A model generated the notes under the pieces. The model was not told the origin of the DNA, searched no databases, and saw only the letters and a list, made by a program, of their open reading frames with translations. A stretch of DNA of 63,746 bases, filler included, from Reticulomyxa filosa (taxonomy: Eukaryota; Protista; Foraminifera): the NCBI GenBank assembly GCA_000512085.1. It is 25 parts of 25 records of this genome, joined end to end, with 100 filler letters (N's around TTAATTAATTAA, not from the genome) between each part and the next. Parts side by side here need not be neighbours in the genome. Positions count along the whole stretch, not along the records: positions 50,874 to 52,474 come from ASPP01021044.1; positions 52,575 to 54,405 come from ASPP01020369.1; positions 54,506 to 59,829 come from ASPP01019648.1; positions 59,930 to 61,430 come from ASPP01026649.1; positions 61,531 to 62,646 come from ASPP01028339.1; positions 62,747 to 63,746 come from ASPP01046331.1; 19 more parts are not named here. One strand, 5' to 3'. The position numbers and the translations under genes are program-made. Numbering within the stretch: the first letter of the stretch is position 1; the number at the start of each line of letters is the position of its first letter. Below, in pieces: positions 51,599-63,746 of the stretch.

Positions 51599-52350
51599 GT
51601 TATTATCATTGTTTTGTTTTATTTTTATTTTTTTTGTAGCATACACACATCACACATTTGTTACAAGAGCACGATGTAACCTACGCCATTTCCGTGGCTC
51701 GTATTTTTAAAAAAAAGAATTTAATTTTTATGTAGTTATTGAAAGAATACGTTTGAAAGATAAGACAAAGCGAGGTCATTTTTTTTAATTAAAAAAAAAA
51801 ACTGGCAAATAATGAAAGCAATGTACCTCTTTCTTTTTCTTCTCTTTGACTAGAATTGCAGCGTGTGCGACCAAGTCTTCTACTATAGTACTGACATCCT
51901 TGCCCACATATCCTTTTAGTGTGTGTGTGTGTATGTGCAAAGTGTTGTGTTTTTCTTTCGATCCTTCCTCTATCCTTTCTTTATCCTTTCTTTATCCTTC
52001 CTCTATCCTTCTCCCATCTATTCTATTCTACTCACAACTAATTCGTAAATACACATTTTTGTCCAACGTACCCACTTCAGTGTATTTGGTCGCTTCGACT
52101 TTGACAAAAGGCGCGTCGCTGATTTTCGCAAGCCTCCTTGCCACTTCGGTTTTTCCGCAGCCCGTTGGGCCGATCATTAGAATGTTTTTCGGGGTGACCT
52201 CCCCTTGAAAAGCCGTCGCTAACTTCCGTCTTCGCCAGCGCGATCTCCACGCTATTGCGACTGCCTTCTTCGCCGCGTTTTGTCCTATCACGAACCGATT
52301 CAATTCGTTTATCAGTTGCTGTGGTGTCATATTGTACGAATCTGTAGGTC
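50943..52350 (-). CDS. hslU: HslU (ClpY) AAA+ ATPase, nuclear intron-containing gene (partial; -1 frameshift near 51191)
   Basis: [47 protein letters not shown]|[39 protein letters not shown]. Confidence 0.95.
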
Positions 52351-52605
52351 CTTTGATCTTTTTTTTTTTTTTTGTATGTTTGTTTATTTATTTATTTTGT
52401 GTGTCCATTCAAAAATAAATTTAAATTTTTTTTTTTTTTTTTTGCGTGTTGCACACGAAAAATGCAAGAATATGNNNNNNNNNNNNNNNNNNNNNNNNNN
52501 NNNNNNNNNNNNNNNNNNTTAATTAATTAANNNNNNNNNNNNNNNNNNNNNNNNNNNNNNNNNNNNNNNNNNNNTTTTTTTTTAAAAAAAAAAAAACAAG
52601 ACAGT

Positions 52606-54355
52606 GGTACGGGATCTCAACTTCTTGTTGCATGGGATCGACAGGATCTATTTGGCCAAGCTGTTTTTCCTGTTCTTCCAACATCACGCGAAGGGCCTTT
52701 ACGCTCTCACGACGTTTCGCATGTTCGCGCGCCTCTTCGGTTTCTGGTTCTTCATCTTCTGCTTCTTGCTTCATTGGGCCCTCTTCTGTCAAGTCAAGTT
52801 TGTCCATCGTATCTAGTTTCCAGTCATCCTCATTTGTTCTTAACGCCTTTCCGTCCTATTCAATCCACATGACATCAGAACGAGGACATAATATTATAAT
52901 CTTATGTATATATACATTATATACATGTATAAGATGAGCACACGACAAATGGATATAATAGAAGTATATGTATCCAGTAATGCAATTAACAAGTACTTGA
53001 CCAAATGAACAAAAAAATTAAAAATACCAATGGCATGTCGCTAAGTGGTGTGTCAACATCTTCTTTGTGACCGCCCATCTGTAGGTATTTGGAAAGAACT
53101 TTTTGCAGTTTCCGTTCGATGATTTCATGGCTTTGTTGGTTGATCTTCAGCCGGTTGCTCAAGATATCAATCGCTTCATTTTTTTCGATCATCATTCCTT
53201 CTATCATTTCTAGTTCTGTCGACAGCTCGTTTAGCAATACCTACAATTGTAAGTTTGTGTAACAATATATATGTACATATGCATATATGTACATGTATCA
53301 CCAAAAAAAAAATACGCATTAAAAGCCAAGAGAAACAAAGCAATAGGAACACATGTGTCAATTTTTTTTTGTTTTGTTTTGTTTATTTTTATTCTTCAGA
53401 ACACAAAAAGTCAACTGTGGGTTCAGTGATGTCAAATGAACAGACAACGACATTTTCTTTTCCATTGGCCGTGGTCGGTTGAGATGTAATATCAATGTCG
53501 CCATTGACCGGCGCATCGTGCAGTGCCAAGGTGGACGTTAAATTTTCAATAATTTCGTAACATTTGCGAAGTTCCGAAGCGAAAGAGGCATCAAATTCAT
53601 AGCCTTTCTCGGGCAAGGCATGGCCCACTGGTTCGGAGAGGGTCGTTTGCTCTACTCCAGCGGCCAGCACTTGTAAGCGAGCGTTGTCCTGTTCCAACTC
53701 GGACATTCGAAATGTCATGTTGTCCAAGGCTTCCGTCATTTCTCGGATTTCCTCGTCTTTGTCTCGAATTTGCATCTGAGATTCGGTTAATGATTCTTCT
53801 AACTGTTCCAATCGTGATTCTATGTCAAACTTTATTATTATTATTATTATTATTTTTAGAAATATCCAATTGAAATTACGATATCATATATGTATATATG
53901 TATATATATATATCATAAAGATAATATCCTCAACTTTGGACAGACGAACATTGGCGGTTTTGCACATTTGCAGTTCGTCTTGTAGTCTTTCCATCAACGC
54001 ATTGTGTTTATTTTCAATGACGTCTTTTTCGTGATTGAAAGCGTTTTGCAACTGTTTATGGGTTTTTTTGAAGTGCGACTGTTCATACTTTCTTCGCATT
54101 TGCAACTCTTCCAATTGTCTCGACACCTCGCTATACTTGAATCGCCACTTCTTTTCCGTCTCCACAATGTGTCGCAGTTCCCCGCTGAGTTTTTGCAAAA
54201 ACTCGCAGGCGTCTGTGATCTCTGTCGACTTTTCCACGTCGTGCATATCATTGGCTATTTGTTCCAGCGGCTTGATATATTTCATCATTTCTTCAGATGA
54301 TTGGTCAACGTGTATTTCGAGTTTGGCTTGTAGCGACGCGATTTCTTCTTCCGTT
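52606..54355 (-). CDS. Long coiled-coil protein, internal exons
   Basis: Four heptad-rich E/L/K exons separated by AT-rich introns. Confidence 0.65.
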
Positions 54356-55917
54356 CTATTGGGTAATAATTAATTAACCAAGTTTTTTTTTTTTTGAGAA
54401 AAAGTNNNNNNNNNNNNNNNNNNNNNNNNNNNNNNNNNNNNNNNNNNNNTTAATTAATTAANNNNNNNNNNNNNNNNNNNNNNNNNNNNNNNNNNNNNNN
54501 NNNNNAACACAGAAATATCTTTTCCTTGTCAGCTGGTCTTTTAAAAAAAATTATGCAAATGTAACGTTGTAATTTTAAGGAACTGTAATTATTACTTCGA
54601 TTTTATTCACAACTTTTGTTATTGTATGTTTGCATATAAACGTTTATTAGTTTTCACAACACACTAACACTGTTGACGATTGTGCGTTGCAAAAAATCTT
54701 GAAACAAAAAAATGTTATATGCTTTCTAAAATTTTCTAAATGCAAGGTAGCTGAAAGAGACACATAAACATTGTTCAAAACGGCAACATGTTCCAGTTTG
54801 ATTTTAGACATTTTACACTTATGCCAAAACTTTATGTTGTTCATCTAATTTATGATAAATACAAACACTTAATTGTCCTTGAATAACAACGCGCATAGAA
54901 GATAACCAAGAAATTCATGCTGGATTCTATTGATTGGGTGTTAAATTCGTATTGTGCACACCACAACTCACATTCAAACCCTAAACATAGTAATGTGCAC
55001 AACGGATATTTTCCATAGCAAAAAAGTAAAAAAAATTTTTAGACATTCTTACTGTCGTTATTATTTTGTGAAAAAAAATATTGTTCTTAAATGAAAACAG
55101 TAAAAAACTGATCACAAAAACATTCAGTGCAAATGTTTGTTGGAGCATACACGCATTGTAACAAGAATGCTGCCAGTTTGTTGTTTAAAACGCACACCAT
55201 CATGTTGTGATAGCGTGTGCATTTGTGGTAATTGTGGTTTATTTGCTTGTTTTTTTTTAGAATATGTTTTTTATTGAATTTATTTTTTTTTCTTTGTGCT
55301 TTATAACATTATTCAAAATTATATTTTGAATTTTTATTGATTTTCAACTAAGTTTTTCGTATTCATTATTCATTATTATCAAGCATTTTTAAGATTCTTT
55401 CTAATAAATATTTGATCATATTAACGCAATCTCCAGGATTCAAACATGGCACTCTTCCTAACGGAATATCTCACCATGAGCATAGATTGCCCTATTCTTC
55501 GTGTGTTTGTTTGTATTTTATTAAAAAAAAAATAACAGAAATTAAACTTCCAGGTAGCCACTTCCAGTCCCATATGTCCCTGAGAAGAAGCCAACTGATA
55601 TGATATATTTTACATCATTCAATTGAAATTCCTTCACCGGAGTTTGAACAGATGCTCAGTCTCAAGTAAATGATTATTAATGCATAACATATATGTGTTA
55701 ATCAATCAATTGATAGTACAACATATTATAAATGTATAAACCAATTTATAAATATCTACATTTTTTTTAACAATAAATTACAATTAATCATTTGTCCAAG
55801 TCATAAATTTTTCAATCGGTGCAATACAATCAAAAATTGCACATTACAAATAACAAGAAATATTTAAATAATTCTTGTTAATAAAATAAAAAAAAAAAGG
55901 AAAAAGAATGAAACATA

Positions 55918-56910
55918 TTAATCAAGTTCCATTGGATCAGTAATGATGTTTGATGAACTGTCTTGCTTTTTCTGCTTATGAAAAAGAGAAAGAATAGCAT
56001 TAGTATAATAATATCTGTATATATTGATTTGAAAAAATGATCTTGTTTTTTTGCGGATGCACTTATCTTCGTCCTGGATTGTGATTACCTGGTATACATC
56101 ATTAGTATATAATATAACAAAATCAATATTATCTGCTGTGTTTTTGAGAATATATACCATCTTGTAATCAACACACAGATCTTCATATCTTAGCGACTGT
56201 TCACAGATTGTGCAATGCCAATTTCTTGTCATTTGGCTAAATATAAGATATGATTCTAAATCTAAGCATTATGGATGGACACAATTGCAACCTCGCAAAG
56301 GTATTTTATTTTAATAATAGCCAATGGACATCTAAAAGAAACTTTGGCATAACATATTTTCTTTTTTCTCACTAAAATCTACTTTCCCTTCTTGACTAAC
56401 CATAATTGCATTTTCATTTTTTTTTGTTTCTGGTAATCTAGGAATACCTTCGGCAGACCGACAAATTGTTTGGTGGAATGGCCAGTCTTGTTTTTGGTGC
56501 GTTTGGCCACAGTACCAAGCGCACTTGCATCGTGAGCAACGTAATGTGCTATTGACACGACTGCAAATTATACATTTATTTGCTAAAGGATGATCTTTGT
56601 TTTGGATTTCACCAATAATCGATCTCGCCATCACACGACGTACAATCTCTTGCACTGGTATTACATCCACTATCTCGACGATCATTGCTCCTTGAAACGT
56701 TGAATTGCTATCCAATGTAATTTCAATAGAATTGTCAGCGTGCTCACTTATATCAAGAGGTTTCACCACTTTGTATCCATACTGTTTCGCTGACAAATTC
56801 TTTCTGGTTTTTTTGCCAGTTTCCAGTTGTTTATCATTTATTTTGATATTACATTGACTTGTGCCCCAATCTTGGTGAGTTTTCTTTTTCTTACTGAATA
56901 AACAGGTGTG
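55918..56910 (-). pseudogene. PIAS/Siz-like SUMO E3 ligase with a MYND finger before the SP-RING (frameshift ~56305, in-frame TAA 56269-56271)
   Basis: KPLDIS (PINIT-like); CIIC..LRCSRCKCAWYCGQTHQKQDWPFHQTIC (MYND); RCPL..IPLRGCNCVHP*CLDL...WHCTIC (SP-RING). Confidence 0.8.
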
Positions 56911-58191
56911 GAGTTGCTTACATTTTTCTGTTTGTTATTATATTTTTTTTTAAGTCATTCACAGACTTTTTTCTCTTGTCATTTTTTTTTGGAAACATTG
57001 GTTAATATTTTCAAAAAAGGCTTTTCCTTTTTTGTTTATTACATACACTTTTTGTTCTTTTACTTCTTTGACAAATGAGTGTATTGCATTGTTGAAATTG
57101 AGATTTTATGTTAAAATATATTTATCATTTTTGCTCTAGTAAGCGTTATTGTTGAAAAGGTGTCCAAACTATTTTAAAAGTTTTCTTTCATATTTCTTCA
57201 TCTGATCCTTCGTATCAATTGCAATTTTAAGTTTTCGTTTTATTTTTGAAAATTAGTTTAGATAATAGATTAAATATTAGCTTCACCAACAGCAACTCTT
57301 TTCTTAAAAGCAATCAAATGTTTCAATTATTTTAAATATCAAAATTTTGAAATATCAATTAAAAATATCAACAATAAAGAAAATTAGCAAAAAAAAAAAA
57401 ATTTTAATATTTAAAAACTACAAGATTAGTAGATATTTTTTAAAAAAGAATTAGTTTTAAATCTTTATTTTTCATTGAGAAAATCGATCCTCTTCATATA
57501 GTGCTATTTAAGTATTGAAGTTTTTTTGGCAATTTACTGTATTTTAGTGTTGGCTAATTTTTTTTTGTCGCAACTGTAAAAATCCAAATGAATTAATTCG
57601 AGACCATTGATATATATGTTCACGTGGATATTTAGTATTAATAATATTTAATACCTTTTGTTATATTTCACAAGAAATGATTGGTTGTCCACATTTCAAT
57701 CTTACCCATGCAATATGTGACAAATAATCCACTTCCATTTCAAATATATTTAGCATATTTTGTTCACTTGATTTATTTTATTCCATTGAGTTTTATCCAA
57801 TTCCATTTCATATAACGTTCTAACAACTTTTCAACAATTTCGATATTGTTTATGTAATTCATCTAGCCCAAACTTAAAAGGTTTTTTGCTGTTTCTGCGT
57901 TTGTTCAAAATCGCAATAAGTAAAATGAGCCAATGATTCAAATGATGCAATTTTTTTATCCAATCAATAAATAAATTTTAATCACTGCTCTTTTTTTACA
58001 TTTTTTAAAAGAAAAAAGTTTAATTTTTTATTGACATATTTTTGTTGATTAAATTGATGCGAAGAAAATTGATGATCAGTACAGCAAAAAAGCAAAAGAT
58101 TAATTTTTTGAAGTGTCTTATTGATTGAAATACAGTAGGATCAATGTCTTTACAGTCACATACACCACTCAGTATTAAATATGGAATATCT

Positions 58192-59805
58192 TCATTCAGA
58201 CTGCTCACTTAGAAAACGCTCGAATATATTATCCATTAATTTTAATTGTTCTACCTTTGTTTTGGTTTTTTGTATTTCTTGTTCAATTACCCGTGCAATG
58301 TTATTGCTCAATTGTCTTTTGCCACATTTGTTGACAAGCTCGAAAGTTTGTGTTTTGCAAACAATACGCTCGTGAGTAGTTGTATGATAAAACAACGTAT
58401 GTTCACATTCAGTGCAAACGGGTTTAGTTGGCTCTGACTTGTAGTAGTACGCACCAGCTGCTACCCCAATGGCACCCACTAGGAAAGTAGGCGAAACACC
58501 TAAGGTAGAAGCAGCAAGTCCAACAATCTTTGTTGAAGCTGCCCATATATTTTTGAATTGAGTAACAGCCATTGTTCTTGCTTTGCCAGAAAGTAGCAGC
58601 GAAAGACTACCCCCCAACGTAAAAATATCAGCTGTCGACAAGCAAGCATTTTCGGTAATTTTGCATTCTTCTTCACAAATGCAACCATATTCGAGATCAC
58701 ATATTATGCAGATTATTCGGGACTGTGACACGATATCGTGTATATCTCAATATTTTTATCCCAACAAAAAACAAAAAAAAAAAAAATCTCCTCTCCACAG
58801 CAATTCAATAAATGTAATTAACCTGTTTTGGAGTTTGTTCGACTTTTAAGTAGGGATATGAAATTTCTTGCTCCACACTTTCATACCAATCTAAATCGTC
58901 TTCAGACATATTGTCTCTGTACGTTTCCAATGCTTGAAGTAGTGCTTCATTATTCCACTTTTCGATACGATGGTACAAGTATTGTATCTTTTGTTGCGCT
59001 TCTTGTTTGCGAATGGCACACACGGTGCTCCCTTGGAATATCTTCACACACACACACACGTATATATTTATTTATTTTCTAATTGTAAACATGTATACAT
59101 ATATGTATATATAAATATATATAACTGGTAGCAACGAGGATACTGTAAGCAATTTACGAATGGTTTCACAATTATCTTCAAAATTACATCTGTTTTTCCA
59201 CTTGGCCATTTTGAAATTAAATCCTTGTTTGTAGCGCTCATTGTCCAACCACGTATACGCTCGAAATGGCAGTCGCAATTGTTGCATCAAATATAGAGTG
59301 TCTTCACCAGGTGCAGACATAGCGCTTGAAAACAAAACAAAAGTATTTTTTTTTTACACTCTTCATGCAATCTCTGGTGCAGTTCGAACAGTTGCTGTTT
59401 CAAGCCCGGGTGCAATCGATTTGTGTTCCCTTTCAATACAATCACAATTGCGTTGAACTCAAGTTTATCCACATAACTGCATATATCCTCCCAGTTTTTT
59501 TGATCTTGAGTCGCTCCTTTTGGGTCCACAAAGCCCGGCGTGTCGATAACATCCACTCCAAACTCGTCGTTTTCAAAGTGCAAGGGAAGACAAGTCAATG
59601 TCTGCGCACTCCCGTCTTCGGGTCTTTTGGTGTCACGTTCGTCGTAGTATTCGTCTTCTTCGTCTATCGCAGATCGCACATCTTCGAATGTGGTCCCATT
59701 CAAATAATCCCGAATTGCAAGTCGCAACGTAGTTTTTCCTGCTCCACTTTCTCCAATCAGCAATAGTGAAACCTTCTTTTTACTCGTTCTTGCAAATTGT
59801 CTTGG
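58192..59805 (-). CDS. AIG1/septin-like P-loop GTPase with Cys/His motifs and hydrophobic hairpin (multi-exon; frameshift at T10 59346-59355)
   Basis: G1 GESGAGKTT, G2 SAQT, G3 IDTPGF, NAIVIVLKG..NRL; C-terminal Cys motifs, CTECEH..FYH, coiled coil. Confidence 0.8.
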
Positions 59806-59971
59806 GGGAAAAAAAAAAAAAAAAAAAAANNNNNNNNNNNNNNNNNNNNNNNNNNNNNNNNNNNNNNNNNNNNTTAATTAATTAANNNNNNNNNNNNNNN
59901 NNNNNNNNNNNNNNNNNNNNNNNNNNNNNGTGTGTGTGTGTATGTGTATGATGTTTAAAAGGTAATGCAAC

Positions 59972-61304
59972 TCAACGCAATCTCACGGACAGCAACAATG
60001 TTTTTCCAAGTGGAGCCATCGAGCATCATTTTGATGATTCGGTTAAACTCAGAGAGAACAATATCCAAGGATTTCGATTGGAAGTAATTTGCGAGATTGA
60101 TATGCGGCATGGTAGGATGTTCAATCAGCCAGTGTTTAACATATTTTTTCTATTCAAAGTGTGGGAGGGGGGGGGGGGGAGTTGCAAGTAAACATAAAAA
60201 GAGCAAAGAAATAAGAAAGACGAAAGGAAGATGCAAAAAAAAAAAAAAAAAAAAACAGAAAAAGTAAAGGAGATACTACCGCATGGCTATCATGAAATTG
60301 AGGATCATTTCTGCCCACATCTTCTTCTTTGGTGATACAAATTTGCAGTTTTGAAAACGAAAAATTCAGGAAATATTGGAAAAATCCCAACAGCAATTCG
60401 CTCACCGTCCATTTGCAAGCACTCGGATCGACTTTGTGTTTCATCAATAATTGTCCGCTATTGGCATCGATTTTCATTATCGGTAGCAATGGAGTGTCGA
60501 GCTGGTTTCCACAAATGGTATCAATACCACCCATTATGGGACAAGGTAGAGAAAAGGGGGGGTCCAAAATATTGGATTCAATATATGTTATATATGTATA
60601 CGTATATGCATACATATATTTGAATTGTTATCTTAATTATAATTAAAAAAGATTTCATCAAAATTAAAAAGAAAAAAAAAAAAAAAAATAAACGAAACTC
60701 TTTGCAAATAATAAATGCCCATAACAATCCATGCCAATGCATTTAAATGTACACACGGACGGCCCAAAATCTTTCTTCTTCGTGCCCAATACTTGATAGC
60801 CATTAAGAAGGGCCTGACCCTTTGACCGAAGGTGTCATAGTTGACATAGCTGTGTATCAACTGGGTCAACCCATTAGTCATACTTTCATTCGCGACGCAA
60901 ACGGTGACATTCATGTTCAGACATGGGAAGTACACTTTCAATTGTGGAGCCAACACAATCAAGTCTGTCTTCGATTGCACTTTCTTGGGATCTGCCAAGC
61001 GCACATCCACCAACACACAACGTTTGAGCCATCGCTGTCGCGCTTTAAATCGCAACTTCTGGTCGTTCGTGCTGGACAGCATCTGCATGCACGTTAATTC
61101 GGTGTTTTCAATTCGCTTGCTCAGTTTGCGAATGAACAAGTTTTGCTTGGCAATATCCGTTGGGTCCACGTTCAGCAAAACCCCAATATTCACATCCGCA
61201 TTCGGCAATAATCTCGCTTTGTTACGTTTCAGTTGTTTTTTGCTCAATTGGCTATAAAACTGGTCTTTCATCATCAGCGGCGCGACTTCTTCTATTATTA
61301 CCTC
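59972..61304 (-). CDS. Cid1/TUTase-family nucleotidyltransferase-fold protein with PAP-associated domain, catalytically degenerate
   Basis: VRPFLMAIKYWARRRKI, LNALAWIVMGIYYLQ, SELLLGFFQYF..FSF, LIEHP...INLA; ADVN replaces SDxD. Confidence 0.8.
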
Positions 61305-61645
61305 TAACCATTGCCAATATATTACAATCAAATATATAATACATATATATATATATATACATATATGTATATGTGTGTATATATGTTATCACTCGAATAG
61401 CTTTTGTTATGAACTTTGGAGAGGTACCCCNNNNNNNNNNNNNNNNNNNNNNNNNNNNNNNNNNNNNNNNNNNNTTAATTAATTAANNNNNNNNNNNNNN
61501 NNNNNNNNNNNNNNNNNNNNNNNNNNNNNNTCACATCAGCAAATTGCAATATATTGTTTTTGATTTTTTTTTTTTTAAATGTATAAAAAATAATTTTTGT
61601 TGTGTGATAATTCAAAAAAAAATAGATAACTTTGGATAAATGCTC

Positions 61646-62587
61646 TCATGTTTGATTCGCACTCTCAAATACTTTCATGTACACTTCAAAGGAGACACGT
61701 TCAATGATATCTTTGCAGATGCTCACCAGTTTGCGTGTAAACGTCTTGTGAGGATATTCTGCGAGCGTTGAGGTTCGTGTTATGTCATTATCTATACTTG
61801 TGATATTAATCCAAATCTGTTCATTTTGTTCGAATAGAAATTGTAAAATGGAATGAGATAGTTTGTATTTCAATTACTATACATTCAACAAGATCACATA
61901 TGCTTCTGTGAATATCTCTGGTGTAATATCTCTCGATTGGCGAATATGCAATTCTGTTTGCAGAATATCAAGTATCATTTCTTTCATATTGTTTTCCTTC
62001 GATTTTTCTTGCGATTCGATGTTCTGATCATTGAAGAATCGAGTATCTGATATATTACTTTGTATAGAACGCAAGTAATTGAGACATGGAATAAGACAGA
62101 AGAGATCCAAATGGGATAATTTAGAGATCTTTTGATAATTCTCTAAGCTTTTTGTCAATATATTACATATTGATGCATTCAAATTGGTTTCATACTCTTG
62201 TGACATGAACTTCACAATTACAAAGAAATCCCATGGGGGTAGTTCATTCTTCAGCTTATTGTTGTTATCAAATGTATTTAAACAATTTCGTTTCCAGTCA
62301 ATTATTAATAGACGTTTTAATACCTTTGTTGTTGTGTAGAACGCTACATCTACGTATATTTTTTTTAATAAAGAAATATAATAACTAACTGATGAAACAT
62401 CAATTTGTGATTGATTTGTAAGATTATTTTGTCCTAACAATGCTTCACGAATCTCTTTTCTTATATCTTCTACAGCACGAACTGCAAGTTGAAAATATAT
62501 CCAATCATTGGTCATTGTAATTTCATTCAAAGTGAATGAAGATCCACTTTGAATTTTAATAAGAGAAATCACCGACTGGGACGACAC
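61646..62587 (-). pseudogene. Member of a helical protein family (paralogue of 63006-63746) with tandem in-frame TAG TAA
   Basis: DLFCLIPCLNYL...ILQTELHIR...LNV**LKYKLSHSILQFLFEQ; frame is conserved across the stops. Confidence 0.65.
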
Positions 62588-62859
62588 AAAATGGGAAATG
62601 GTTTGTCCATTACAACGAACACAAAGTCACCATAAAATATATCATCNNNNNNNNNNNNNNNNNNNNNNNNNNNNNNNNNNNNNNNNNNNNTTAATTAATT
62701 AANNNNNNNNNNNNNNNNNNNNNNNNNNNNNNNNNNNNNNNNNNNNTAAATTTAATTCCTTTTTTTTTTTTGTTTTTTGAAGCTTTAATTAAAATTGAAG
62801 AAAGAGATTGAAATACAAAGAGACAAAAATTGTTAACATTCCACAAGATATCAATCAAA

Positions 62860-63746
62860 CGAAACACAACGGATTCGCAGTAATCTACTTGTTTATAACA
62901 GTTCTCAATTGTGGTCAACAATTGATAATCGTACTTCCAACTGTCGTATTTTTTAGTTTTTGCGCAATTTTGTATAACAATTTGTGAGGAAAACAAAAAA
63001 AAACATTACATCATCTTTTGTTGTTGCATAAACGCCAAGAAAGCTAAAAAGTTTTCAGATGATTTCACTAATTTGATAAATTCAGTATTGGTTTGGAATT
63101 GAATTAAAAATGAAGAGCCAAGTTCACCTCCTTCAAAGATACGAAGTTTATTAAGCTTTTCAAAATATCGACCCCATTGTGTAAAATCCACTTGAAATGC
63201 AATTAACATAACGTTCCAACACCTATTACCATTATCGATCGAACAGACATGGTCCCACACTTCATTATCTTGTGAAAATAAAAATTCCAAAATGGATTGA
63301 GACAGCTTCCTATCCTTCTGGACGACCAGCAAATCAAGGACATACTCTTCACTATACTTGGGAGCAATTACATTTAACTTTCGTATACGTAAATCCGTTT
63401 GCAATACAGAAATGACTTTTTTATCCAAATCATTATCTTTCCATTCCAAATAATCACTCTTTTCAAAACGTTGTGATAATTCAATTCCAGATGTGTTGTT
63501 TGCACCAGGTAATGACAAATAGTTCAAACATGGAATGAGAAAAAAGAGATCCCACTTGAAAAGCTTTTCGCTGGGGTCGAGATGTGACATTATATTATTG
63601 ATCAGCATATCTTTAATGATTGAAGGCAAGTTGCTTTGGTATTGTTCGAAAATGTATGAGATTACTTCAAACCACTTCCAAGATGGCCATTGTCCTACAG
63701 ATGCGGTACTGCCTCCATTTTTCTTTGAATAATTCAATTTCCATTT
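62860..63746 (-). CDS. Member of the same unknown helical protein family (partial)
   Basis: DLFFLIPCLNYL...VLQTDLRIR...KLSQSILEFLFSQ..W....SIDN aligns with the previous contig. Confidence 0.6.

Overview
This window is not one locus. It is 25 short contigs joined by an artificial 100-nt spacer (44 N + TTAATTAATTAA + 44 N, a six-frame stop linker), so neighbours across spacers are meaningless. 23 contigs are AT-rich eukaryotic DNA with GT-AG introns full of poly-A/T, (AT)n and (GT)n tracts, poly-Asn runs and many decayed gene copies. The WD40 family style and intron style suggest a foraminiferan such as Reticulomyxa (inference, not verified). Recognisable eukaryotic genes: MAP kinase, DUF1295 protein, C-type lectin, Ctr copper transporter, kinesin, EF-hand protein, Cys-less pentameric ligand-gated channel, LACTB2, DH-PH RhoGEF, RPEL protein, WD40 protein, AP sigma subunit, monoglyceride lipase, intron-containing HslU, a PIAS-like gene with an inserted MYND finger, an AIG1-like GTPase and a degenerate Cid1/TUTase. 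There are also two LINE relics. Two contigs are GC-rich bacterial DNA. One carries a betaproteobacterial-type glmS with a Tn7-like transposon end exactly 25 bp past its stop codon (attTn7) and an IS3 inside it. The other carries an alphaproteobacterial-type FadJ/hydratase pair. Best leads: the Tn7-like end; a ~280-nt dispersed non-coding element with conserved GC-rich hairpins on two unrelated contigs; the PINIT-MYND-SP-RING architecture; the pseudo-TUTase; recurrent TAR stops at Gln-like positions. Single-base indels, mostly at homopolymers, are frequent, so many frameshifts are probably assembly errors.
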